From assembly GCA_002189035.1 (NCBI GenBank), contig CM007989.1, forward strand, positions 3,348,001 to 3,412,000: a DNA stretch of 64,000 nt, read 5' to 3'. Numbering within the stretch: position 1 is the first letter of the stretch; every line of letters begins with the position of its first letter. The DNA is from Utricularia gibba. Lineage: Eukaryota; Plantae; Magnoliophyta. Below are positions 39,252 to 50,189 of this stretch, piece after piece. A program made the translations under genes and the position numbers. The notes under the pieces are model-generated. The model saw only the letters and a program-made list of their open reading frames with translations, had not been told where the DNA came from and did not search any database.

Positions 39252-42070
39252 TCAATTCGGAACATATGGCTCGAACAAGGTCAACCAGGGATTAGGGTCA
39301 TGCTGCATGATTCTTGCTGCGCGTTCGAATTCTTCCCGAAGGACTCGGACAGAGTGCTTGTCGACAACCCGACCCAGATCATGGGATACCTCGAATGGAT
39401 CCTCGATGCAGATCAAGTGGCGGTCGTTTCCAACCCTTCTTGTCCAGTCTTTGTCATGCTTGCTGTCATTTGAAGCAGATGATCAGTTGTCTTTCACAGG
39501 GATAAAGACATCTATAATATGACTAACCTCAGTGTGGTTCCTGTTCTTATTGATATAACATCACTGGAATAATCATGGCAATATGCCCAGTAGTGGAAGA
39601 ATGCCCACACCAGAATCGCTATTGTTTCCTGATTACCGGAGCCGAAATTCTGAAGCCTGTCCACTTGATCGAAATAGGCACATTCTACATTTTCCACATT
39701 AACGGAGTAAGTGGCCTCCATTTCCTGTGAAAAAAGAGGCACGGGAGGCGCATAGTTAACCAACATCCACCAAGGAGAAACACATGAAACACAGAAGGGA
39801 TGATGGCTGAATCAGTCTCAGTTCTCATTGCATACCTGCAGGGATGGAAGAATGGGAGGCCTTCGCTGTTGTAGCAAATGAATGCACATCAGGACATACC
39901 TGATGTAAAAGGGCACACGTGAGAAACGAATCAATACACAGCAAGAAGAGAATTGGAAAGATTACTATTAAGGCAAGACAACTCACGCATAGCTAGAAAG
40001 TGTTCCATGATAAGTTTCATTGACTAGTCGGGATTTGGCCCAGTGCTTTACAATGAAGGCCAGCTGCTGCAGTCGATTATCAATTCTCGCATAATCTCTA
40101 AGCAGCCTGGTGTTCACCACAGCAAGCACATTGTTAACACAAATATCACAAGCAATACCAGTTGCTGGATCCTTGAGCTTGACTATTGGAACCCTGGCCC
40201 GAGTAAACGCCTAGAAAATGCATAAATGTAAGTATTTGAGTGCCCTCAGTCAACAAAAAACTTTAGAATCCCATCCAAAACTATAATGTTTCGCCTCTAA
40301 ACTTGGGAATCCAAAAGAGCGTCTTAGCTAAATGCAAGAAAGCTTTTTTACCTGGACATCTTGCAAATTGCCAGACTCCAATATCTCCGCTAGCTTAAGC
40401 AACACCTCGGTTTTATCAGTGTTCTCAAGTTCCATGACTAGGCAAACATCAATGTCACTTTTAGGAAATCCGAATGAATTGGCACATGACCCGTACAGGT
40501 GCAACCTAGCATCAGGCCACTCTTTAATGACAAGCTCCTCCAAAGTGCCAATCAGTTGCATCTGCTTCATCTTTTCTTCTTCCGCAGGAATTAATGACTT
40601 GAATATTTCCAAAAAGGGAGCATCAAACCGATAAATGTCACTTCGGAAGCGCATTTGGCTCTTCGCATGTCTCATTCTTTGATTCATTATCCAGTGTCCT
40701 CGGTTGTCAGCTCGATAATCCTGAATAAAAAGCAAGTGTCAGAACACAGAGTCTTCAATTTTCTTATGAAACGAAGTGGCTGCTGTAATTTAAACAAAAA
40801 TGAAACGAAGAACGAGAGATCTCTTCATAAAAAGGTTCACCTTATCACGATGGTGCTTCTTATTGTCAGGCTTTCCCAGAGTTTCATCACTAACTTCAAG
40901 GACTTCGGAAAGCTTATGATACAAACCATCATCCAACCCAAATTCACTGCTGGCCTTGTCCTGTCCACCACTTCTCAATTCTTCACCATTTTCAGCAGAC
41001 TCCAATGCATCACCAGCAACACAAATCCCAACATACCCTACGCTGCCTCCATCACATGAACCAGGGGGGGATTCTCTTCGTTGCGTACTTGCATCATCAA
41101 GAGTACGAGTCCTAGCATGCCCCACTGTCTCTACTGAACCAGGGGGGGATTCTCTTCGTTGATTATTTGCAGCCCTAACCGTCGAAAAATTACCAGCATC
41201 CTCCACTCTGTTTCCAGATAGTGGACGAGGGAACTCTCTCCTATGATGATTTGACCGATCACTTGTATTAAGGTAACTCTTGTGCCCATCCACTTGCTGA
41301 CCAGGAATCCGCCTCGTGTACTCATATTCTCTATTTCCCGCATTCCTTGCATTGTTAGAAAATCCAGGTGGCTGCACCACTGCCCTGTGGCTTTCAATAA
41401 AACTCTGTTTTCTGTGGTTCACAGTTGTGCTTGCACCAGCTTGTTCATCAACTCTCAATAAACGCGAGTTGCCTCGCCTATCATTAGCTTCAGCAGGATG
41501 CCTGTTGAAACGCTTATCCGCCATTCCTGAACCGCCATTCACAGAAGCATTACCAAGACTGCCTCCCCGAAAGTTGGGGATGAGAACATCGCCACTGCCT
41601 ATTTTCGATACATTCGGGTTAAAAGACCCAAAGACAAGACCTTGCTCAACTTCACGACTTACACCGGCCCTTGAGCTGTCATCCACTGCTCTGAAATTTC
41701 TACTACCTCCGCCCAATTGAACGTGATCATTAACTTGACGAGAAGATTGGATAAATTGATCTCGACGCAACGAGACATCGGCGTTTAAATTAGGGCTCAC
41801 ATCAGGGGTTTTCTTAAAGTAGTGATCTGGAACAAAAGTCTGGGTGGAAGGGGAACCGTAACTCCATTGGGGGAAAAGTAGCCCACCGCCGTCGGAAGGA
41901 AACGCCGGGCGCTGAAGTGGGATTGCGGGCCCAATAGCCGCGACCGCCGGATCTTCTAAAACACCCTGCTGCTGCTGCGAAGTGGTTGACTTGGATGTAG
42001 GGGGGTTGCGCAGGAGTTGCAGTAGAACCTCTCCGGCGTTGGGTGGCGCCCTGTGTCCGCCGGCGTCCAT
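39252..42070 (-). CDS. URT1: UTP:RNA uridylyltransferase 1 (terminal uridylyltransferase), intact
   Basis: N-terminal GEVLLQLL and DPAVAAIGP motifs plus PPGF in a long disordered exon. Catalytic [57 protein letters not shown]; PAP-associated [17 protein letters not shown]. Confidence 0.95.
41057..41161. repeat. Perfect 27-bp direct repeat at 78-bp period inside URT1 exon 1
   Basis: tgaaccagggggggattctcttcgttg at 41057-41083 and 41135-41161, encoding QRRESPPGS twice. Confidence 0.95.
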
Positions 42071-44070
42071 GGTGGGCAGGAATATCAGAAAAAACAGATG
42101 CAGATGGTGGGCTAAAACTTAAACAAGTCAAGATCTCCCTCCTGCCGAAGTGGCGTGTTTCCTTTTATCGTACCAACCCGAAAGAACGATTCCGACCCGC
42201 CCGTCGACTGGGTGATCTTCGATCGCCATAATATCTAAGAAATCCTAATCAAATCTTACCCTAAATACAAAATCTTGGAATATTCCTCCAACTGCATATA
42301 AAATCCTAATATCTGATAATAAAAATCACCAAAATCCAGAGAGATTTTTCCTAAAGTTTATTTATTTCCAAGAATAAAAATTAAGAAACAAAAAAATCAT
42401 ACTTTTTTACGATATTAGAAAAACGTGGAGAAAAGACATCGAAGAAACGAACTTCTTGGCGATTGAGAGAATCGCATGCGCTCTTCTGGTCTCAATCATG
42501 TCGATCGATCATTTGAATCGTCGAAACGTGCGCACCTTCTGGTTGCCGATCCATCGGAAAAGCTCTTCGGAAAGCATCGCCCTCATCGTCTTCTCCACGA
42601 GCAGATCCCCGGGAAAGCCAACGGCCTGTGAGACGTAGAATGGGAATAAAGCTGTTTAACCATCAGTGGTCTCCGGCAAGCAGGACCTCGCAGGAGAAGG
42701 CTTGCATGCACACCATGAATACAACAACGGGGATCCCACGGTGGCTCCGCCGATGTGACTAAGCAGATTCTTCTTCAAGTACATCGGTTTCTGGGAATGG
42801 GTTGCCCAATTTTTAAGAAATTCATATACATAGATGATAGATCCACTCTTGCTGTCAAGTAAAGGGATTCACGAGCGATGGTGGCGAAGAAGGCAAAGAA
42901 CAGAGGGATGAAAATGAACTACCGAAAATCTTCCCACCCGACAAAATGAAGAGAAAAGCCTGCTTGAACTGGAGCCACCACCTCCTCTACCTGCAACGGC
43001 ACGAAAATCTACCGTATCTATCTAAAAAGCCGAGGAGGCGAACAACGGAGAAGATGAGCTGGTTTTCATAAAAATAAAAAATAAAAAATACTTGGACCAG
43101 ACATTTGTCCAATTCCACATACACTGAGCCCAATTCGGACTATGAAAATAAGGGCAAAAGTGTTGCGAGGTGGCCCGGCCCATTAATATTTTAAAAATAA
43201 GAAATTAATTAAATAAATTAACATTAAATTAAAAAAAAGAGATAATTTCATGTGGGTTTCGGTCTAAGTCTAATTAAATTTGAGGTTTCATAATTGAAAA
43301 TGATGTAATTCCTCCACATGGAGAGAAGGACTAATTAGGAAAAACACATGTGAATTCTAATTATGAAAGTAGATAATCATTAAATGCAGCATTTTATTCC
43401 CCTACCAGTTCATTCATATTCCTTTTCTCTTCCTAAATATGGACACAATGCGAATGTATTTTTTGGTTTTTTTGAAAAAATATAAGAAAACAGAAATTTA
43501 AATTGGAAAAGAAGGTACGTGTTGAGATGCCATTGGCTTCAGATCCAGGGGCAGCGGTGGCCGTCGAATAAAGACCAAAGAACACTCCCACGTGCCGCAG
43601 GTTAACTGAACCAGGAGTGCCCTTTTAACCATGGTTAAACTCCACCTTGGGTTAGCCAACCCTACTCTTAGGTTATCAAATAGATTCTTGTATTTATTGT
43701 CAAGGGGGGAGATGATTATTAGGGCTTTGCTATGCACCAAGAAGAATAATGCGGAAGGGGTTTACACCAATTGATTTGTGCATTATTTTTTCATCTATTG
43801 AAAATGTGTTTATATCGATTCAGTGTGTGTGAGATAATTGATAATATTTAATTAAAAAATTTTAAATAAGTGTGGATAGAATGTAAGCGTGGTCAAATTT
43901 GTAAACGATAATTATTTTTCAAATTTAAAAATAATTTATTAGGTGAAATAAATGATGATGTTTCTAAAAAAACAAATTGAACAACAAACCTATATATTTT
44001 GTTATTAGAGGAGGAGTCGCAGACTCACACGCTCATTTCTGCAGATCTCTGCGCAGTTAGGATTCCGACA

Positions 44071-45336
44071 ATGGCAGCCGTCGCGCTATTCCTCACCGTC
44101 GTTGCGATTCTTGCCGCCGCTGCGGCTGCCTCCAACATCACGGAGATCCTAGCGGCGCACCCGGAGTACAGCGACTTCAACAGTCTTCTCTCCGAAACAA
44201 AACTCGCCGACGAAATCAACAGCCGCGAGCCGGTGACTGTCCTCGCCCTCACCAACGCCGAGCTTTCCTCCATCACGGGGAAGTATCCCCTCAGCATTGT
44301 CAAGAACATCCTGGCTCTGCACGTGTTGCTTGACTACTTCGACGCTACTAAACTGCACAAGATCTCCGAGGGCTCCGTTCTCTCCACCACTCTGTACCAG
44401 ACCACCGGCAATGCAGAAGGGAGCATTGGATTCGTCAACATTACCGATCTGCGCGGCGGGAAAGTCGGATTCGGATCCGGAGTACCCGGTTCGCCGTTGG
44501 ATTCGGTGTTCACGAAGTCCGTTCAGCAGGTGCCGTACAACGTTTCTGTTCTTGAGGTGAGTAAGGCGATTGCACCCTCCGCCGTTCTCAAGGCGCCGGC
44601 GCCGTCGGCGTCCGATGTTAACATTACGGGGTTGTTGGAGAAAGCTGGATGCAAGACATTCGCTGCGTTAATTGTGTCCACTGGAGTTCTGAAGGTTTAC
44701 CAGTCCGCCGTAGACAATGGGCTGACCATTTTTGCGCCGAATGATGAAGCTTTTAAGGCTGCCGGAGTTCCAGATCTGACGAAACTTTCGAATGCGGATG
44801 TGGTTTCCATTCTACAGTATCACGCTCTCGCGAGTTACACCCCCATCGGATCTCTGAAACAGACACAGGGGAAAATCAGCACTCTGGCTACCAACGGCGC
44901 CGCGAAGTACGATCTCGGCGTCACGACTGCCGGAGACTCAGTGAGCCTCGACACCGGTGTCGACACTTCCCGTGTCGCGTCCACAGTTTTGGACTCCACT
45001 CCCCTCTGCATTTACACCGTGGACAATATACTCCTTCCAGTGGAGCTTTTCGGCACTGCCCCATCTCCTGCCCCTGCTCTCTCTCCCGAAACCTCCCCCT
45101 CTCCAGCTCCTGCAGCCGAGGCTCCCGCTCCGGAATCTGCCGCCGCTCCTTCTCCATTTGCATCCCCACCGGCGCCCGCGGTCTCCTCACCGGGGTCCTC
45201 GCCCTCAGAAGCCCCAGCAGCCGATTCTCAGAACAGCACTTCCGAGCACTCCGGCGCCGGGGTTGAGGCTCCGGCGTTGATGAAGATGGCGATTTCAGTG
45301 TGGCTGTCGGTGGTGGTCGCCGCCGCGTTGTCCTAA
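44071..45336 (+). CDS. Fasciclin-like arabinogalactan protein with two FAS domains (FLA8/FLA10-like), signal peptide and GPI-anchor signal
   Basis: Signal peptide [14 protein letters not shown]; [61 protein letters not shown]; AP/SP-rich AGP region; hydrophobic C-terminus. Confidence 0.95.
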   Translation: MAAVALFLTVVAILAAAAAASNITEILAAHPEYSDFNSLLSETKLADEINSREPVTVLALTNAELSSITGKYPLSIVKNILALHVLLDYFDATKLHKISEGSVLSTTLYQTTGNAEGSIGFVNITDLRGGKVGFGSGVPGSPLDSVFTKSVQQVPYNVSVLEVSKAIAPSAVLKAPAPSASDVNITGLLEKAGCKTFAALIVSTGVLKVYQSAVDNGLTIFAPNDEAFKAAGVPDLTKLSNADVVSILQYHALASYTPIGSLKQTQGKISTLATNGAAKYDLGVTTAGDSVSLDTGVDTSRVASTVLDSTPLCIYTVDNILLPVELFGTAPSPAPALSPETSPSPAPAAEAPAPESAAAPSPFASPPAPAVSSPGSSPSEAPAADSQNSTSEHSGAGVEAPALMKMAISVWLSVVVAAALS

Positions 45337-48300
45337 TCCGTCATTTCCCTCCCCCAATTTCCATTTTCTTGAACTATATTTATTTATCCTCCCCCTTTCC
45401 GTTTCACGCTTTATGCTGCTGTTATGTGCGTCGCGTGTGCTTTGCCTTCTTCTTTACACCCCCCCACCCACCCAACCAGACCGCGGCCTTTGGAATTTTC
45501 TTTTCTTTTTTTTGTATTTCCCTTTTTAATCCCATATTTACTGTCATCTTATTACAAGACACGTGTCCGTTGTCTTCCACGTAACGAATCCCGCCAGCTG
45601 TAAGATGCATAACGACGAGGATGGTGGAGGTCACGTGCACCCATCGACCACGGTCTTCTAAAATGCAACCCGCGCGACCATGAACTCCACCATCATATGT
45701 TTAAATTGCATCACCACATCTCGTAGCATGGAGATGCAAGAAATTCGAATTCGATTCGATACTCGTACGAAAAACGTTATGATACCATATTGAAAAAAAC
45801 ACGGGATATGAATTATTTGGCAAGTTTGAGTGAATGTGCAACTATTTGCGGGTACATATAGTAATGGTATGTGGCGGGTGGAGTTAGTGTAGCTCCATAA
45901 TTTAGAGACCCTCCCTCGTTCACTCACACACTCACTTACCCGTGGATGAGGCCAGCTTTTGAAGAAAAGACCGACCAAAGTGGGGCCCACCACCATCGCC
46001 TGTCCGCCCCAGGAAGGCCCGATATGTCCAACAGATCACGGTCTAGAAGCCCGTGGCCCAAGACCCAATTGTCGGACGGGGTGGTCCACGTGACCTAATG
46101 TGTACAAAATGGACCATTTCCTTGGACCCTTTGTCTTCTTCATTCATCAATGCAATGACGCTTCACAGGCTGTAGAACCTCTAACAATGCAACCCAAGTT
46201 CCGGGTTTAGGTTTAAAGCAGCTGTTGTGGGTGTATTAATCCCAGTCTAACCATGGTTTAGTTAGGGTTAAGATGTTTGAAATCAATGGAGAAGAGAGGG
46301 GGGGTGTTGTGAATGGTGAGTGTGAGTGGGAGAAAAGGACACATCAAATGTATTCACAAATCAATGTAATTGAATTGACGCGTCAATGACACCCCCCATT
46401 TCAAAGTAAATGTGGTCGTGCCCCACAACAGACCAGACCCCTCCTCTTCATGTTTCTGTCTAACACAAAAATGTGCATATTTCTCCTAACTCCATTGTGG
46501 TAGTTAGTACTCTTCCAATGTCGGCTTCACTCCAAAAATGCAAAGGCTGTTGCTTGAATCTCATATCCTTGTCTGATATCCAAAAACAGTCTCCCTGCTT
46601 CTTTTCATTTTGTTAGAATGTAGTTACTGTATCTGCGTGTAGTGTAGAATGTGCAAGACAAGTGGGGGAGGATTCATGTATTTAGTGAATTTGAATTACA
46701 CTGTTGTACTTCATTTGTTGTATTTATTGGGAAAGGCGTTGGATGCCAAAGTGTACCAACCGCAACACCAAATCGAACCGAAACAGAAGCTATGAGCGAA
46801 TAATTGTGATCCAAATTCAATGGAACACAGCTTGTCTAGGTTGCTTCATTTAACGACTAGCTAATGGTATTGAATGCGCCAAGATGAAGCTCTGTCAGGA
46901 GGAGGACTAGGAGCTGGAGCTGGAGCTGGGGATGCATTCAGAAGGTGGCCACTGACCGACTAGTGGTCTCAAAATATCATTCAAAATGGCCACTTGACTT
47001 GCAATAGTTTTGATTCTGACGAAATGAAATACACAGAGTGCCCATGATGTTGAGACCCGCAGGAGGAAGAGGAAGAACTGGCTGCCAAATGAACCCATAG
47101 CATGAATAAGCAGAGGACACGTTCACCAGTCGTGATTGAATCTCAGTATTAGAATGTAACAAATAATTTTACGTACATAAAAAACGTGAATTACATAATC
47201 TAACGCAATACTACAAGCACCCTTCTTTGGTGCTGCATCATCGTCTCCCATTCACCCTTAACCCGATAATCCACGAAGTGATCAGAATCTTATTCACGAA
47301 ATCTGTAACCGCCGCATCAGAAATCCTCCCCGATTTCCAACAGCCATTCGGATCCGGGGCAAAATCTACGAATAGTCGTCGTGGGGTGGCCTCTTCCCAT
47401 CGTTGACTCTCACCCACCAAACCAAACACAATCAATCACCTTGTCTGAAAGCCATTCAGCGCATTCAACGTGTCCGATTCTAGCAATAAATGGGGACCCA
47501 CAACGCCTTCATGACTCCCTCCTACGCCACTCGACTGCGGAGATGCACGTTTTCGGATGGGAGGTGTGGCCAATAATTCTTGATTATTCAACATTATTTT
47601 TGAATAATTGTCCTTCCAAATAAAATATAGCAAGTTTCGAAGAGGAAATGGAGGAACTGAAACATAGAGCATCAGGATCACATGAACACTAACTATTTAT
47701 AGATCCGTCCTCTTGATATTCATTCATTCATTCTACTGGAATGATGACCCTGCCAAACCCTCCCTGTACAAACCAGGACAAGAGAAAATCCATCCTTACA
47801 TTCTTGCATTCTATTGCTGGGCAATTGCTAAACCTTTTCTTTCAAACCCTAGCCATAATCATTAAATCCGCACGAACCCAGATGCGGTTTGTGAACCCAG
47901 AAAACATAGTGGAACGAAACGTGTGCGGATTCATTGGTAAGGGTGAGGAACAAACGTAAGTGTAGGTGCAGCTGAAGAATCAATATGTCGAAGGGGAAAA
48001 TATTTTGTACTCAGACATAAGCAAAACAGTCTCGAAGCTGATGAAATGATGAAGGAAAAAGTCATGTGATTCCCATCTCTTTTTACAATGAAAACTCTAG
48101 AGATGGGGAGGGATGTAGATGTGAAGACAAATAGAATATAGAGAAAAAAAGATGAACTTTATCCAAACAAACAAAAGCATCGCCTGCAGTTACATCAGAA
48201 GCGTCTTAAACCAGCCGCAGAGCCTCCCAGTTCTCGCTATAAAAGCTGTTTGAATACACCAGCACAAACATCTTCCTCCATAATACATACAATACCAACA

Positions 48301-48957
48301 AACCCACTTGCTGTATCTATGTACATACGTTTCTTGAATTCCAGTTTTTTCGAGTCTAACATCTCTCACTGTAGTTTGTGAATTAAAATAAATGGGTTGA
48401 GATAGAAGGGTCTGAAACTATAGGTAATCACCGAGAGATGAGGAAGTGCAAGAGGTAGTTCTCGCCTCGAGAAAAGTGACAAACCTTTAGAGCAGTTGCA
48501 GATTTTGGTGCAGCACCCAATACACGAATCCGGGCAAGAAAGCAAGAAAGAAAGAAAACATTTGTAAAAGCAGATGGTGCTTCACATTGAAAACCCTCAC
48601 TCTTCTGAGCTCGTCTCTGCATGAAAGTTCCACTCCTCAAGCCCCATTTCAAGCTTCGGGGTTTGGAGTTTTCCGGGAGAGAATTTGGATTTGGTTTATA
48701 TAAATTTGGTTATCTCCAACTTCCAGAGTCATGTTACAGAAACATGGGAAAAAAGAGAGGAAAAACAACAGTGGAACTTGGTTGAAAAACACAGTACCCT
48801 ACAATTTAATAATTACCACCACGGCACTAGAAGAAGATAAAGAAGAAAAGAAAAAAGATTTGAACTCTCGAGAAGGATTTATTCATGGCAGTACAAGGGA
48901 GTTGAAAATCAGATGAGAGAGTTAACCGGTAAAGACTCGATCTTGGATTCTCATAAA

Positions 48958-49895
48958 TCAATACGGCGGCCGTCCGGCAACTCCCCAGTAGGCCTCCGCC
49001 GGGATATGACACGAATTCATCACATTTTGCGGCATCCCGTGAAGAAAATTGACGCTTTGCGGGTCATCTGCACTCATCAACTGCTGCCCGACAATCCCGG
49101 GCGGAGATCCCATCCCATGAACGGCGCCGTTTTGATGAGGATGATGATGGCTTTCTTCCTCCTCCAAGGGCAGCCGCTCGTATGCCGCATTCCCAAACGA
49201 CGCGGCCATGATCATCACCGGCCCAACGGCAAGCAACGGCCCCACGACGGTCCCCCCAAAACCTGCCCTTGCGAAGAAGATAAATATATGGTTAAGGCCG
49301 TCGCCGCAGGGGGCGCCGGGGGGAGAAACGATCCGCAGAGCGAAATAATCTCGAATCTTCCGGGCAGAGTGAGAACCGAACCAAGGGAGGTCGGTTGCCG
49401 GATTGTGACGTTTCCGACACTTCCCGTACCGCTCAGGACACACACGCCTCGCTGTCGCCTTGTCGCGAAGATGGAGATGCTCTCTTGGATATCGCATCCG
49501 TTCGCAACTTCCATCACATGGGATCTGAGCGCGTTCGCCGTGTCGCGCGTGATGATAATGGGCGGTTTCGGTTTGTTCTTGGACCCCGGAGGTCGGCCAC
49601 GTGGACGGCGCGGCACTTCGCCGGGATCGGAGTTGTTGATGTTGCAGTTGGGGATTTCCGATGTGGGACTCGAGATAGTTGCTGAAGTTATAGTGGAGAA
49701 CACTCCTCCGCGTCCTCCGCCGTAATTGTTGTTATGATGACCGCTACTATTATCATCTTCTCGATCTCGTTTCGAGCTTCTGCTACTCTGCTCATCTTCC
49801 GGGAAGGGCTGGTTGTGGGTTGGAAACTGATGTAGATCAAGATCTCTGGACAGAAACAGAGGCGGAATACGGCGGCCGTGAGCCAGCTGATCCAT
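48958..49895 (-). CDS. Clade-A AT-hook motif nuclear-localised protein (AHL22/24/26-like); 1-bp frame break at 49252-49257
   Basis: AT-hook [23 protein letters not shown]; PPC domain [40 protein letters not shown]. The continuation [35 protein letters not shown] lies in another frame. Confidence 0.93.
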
Positions 49896-50121
49896 CCCCA
49901 ACAAACCCCCAAAAAACCAAAAAAAGAACTCTTCCACCAGAGAAAAACCAACTCAAGAATTCTAAACCAATCCAACTTCCTGTCCCTCCATGAGTTCAGC
50001 TTTCCAAGTTACATGCGATAGTTCCAAGAAGGAAAGAAAGAAAGAACGATGGACCAACAGAGAGAGAAAGGGAGAGAAGATACCACAGAAAACAAAAAAA
50101 AAGTAATGTTAATGTTTGGAC

Positions 50122-50189
50122 TTTGCGGGCTCGTGTTGTTGTACGTTAGGGCTATTTTGCGGGCTGGTGCTGTTGTACGTTAGGGCTAT
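50122..50189. repeat. 34-bp tandem duplication upstream of AHL
   Basis: tttgcgggctcgtgttgttgtacgttagggctat (50122-50155) followed by tttgcgggctggtgctgttgtacgttagggctat (50156-50189); 2 mismatches. Confidence 0.95.

Noticed and set aside
46884-46955. MKLCQEED*ELELELG, resembling an EAR-motif C-terminus of a C2H2 repressor
   Set aside because: Interrupted by a stop, no zinc finger or other domain nearby, and explained by a (GAGCTG)3 repeat.
46907-47098. 63-aa ORF with hydrophobic start, possible secreted peptide
   Set aside because: No CLE, CEP, IDA, PIP or RGF motif; poor signal-peptide pattern; the Ser tail comes from the same simple repeat.
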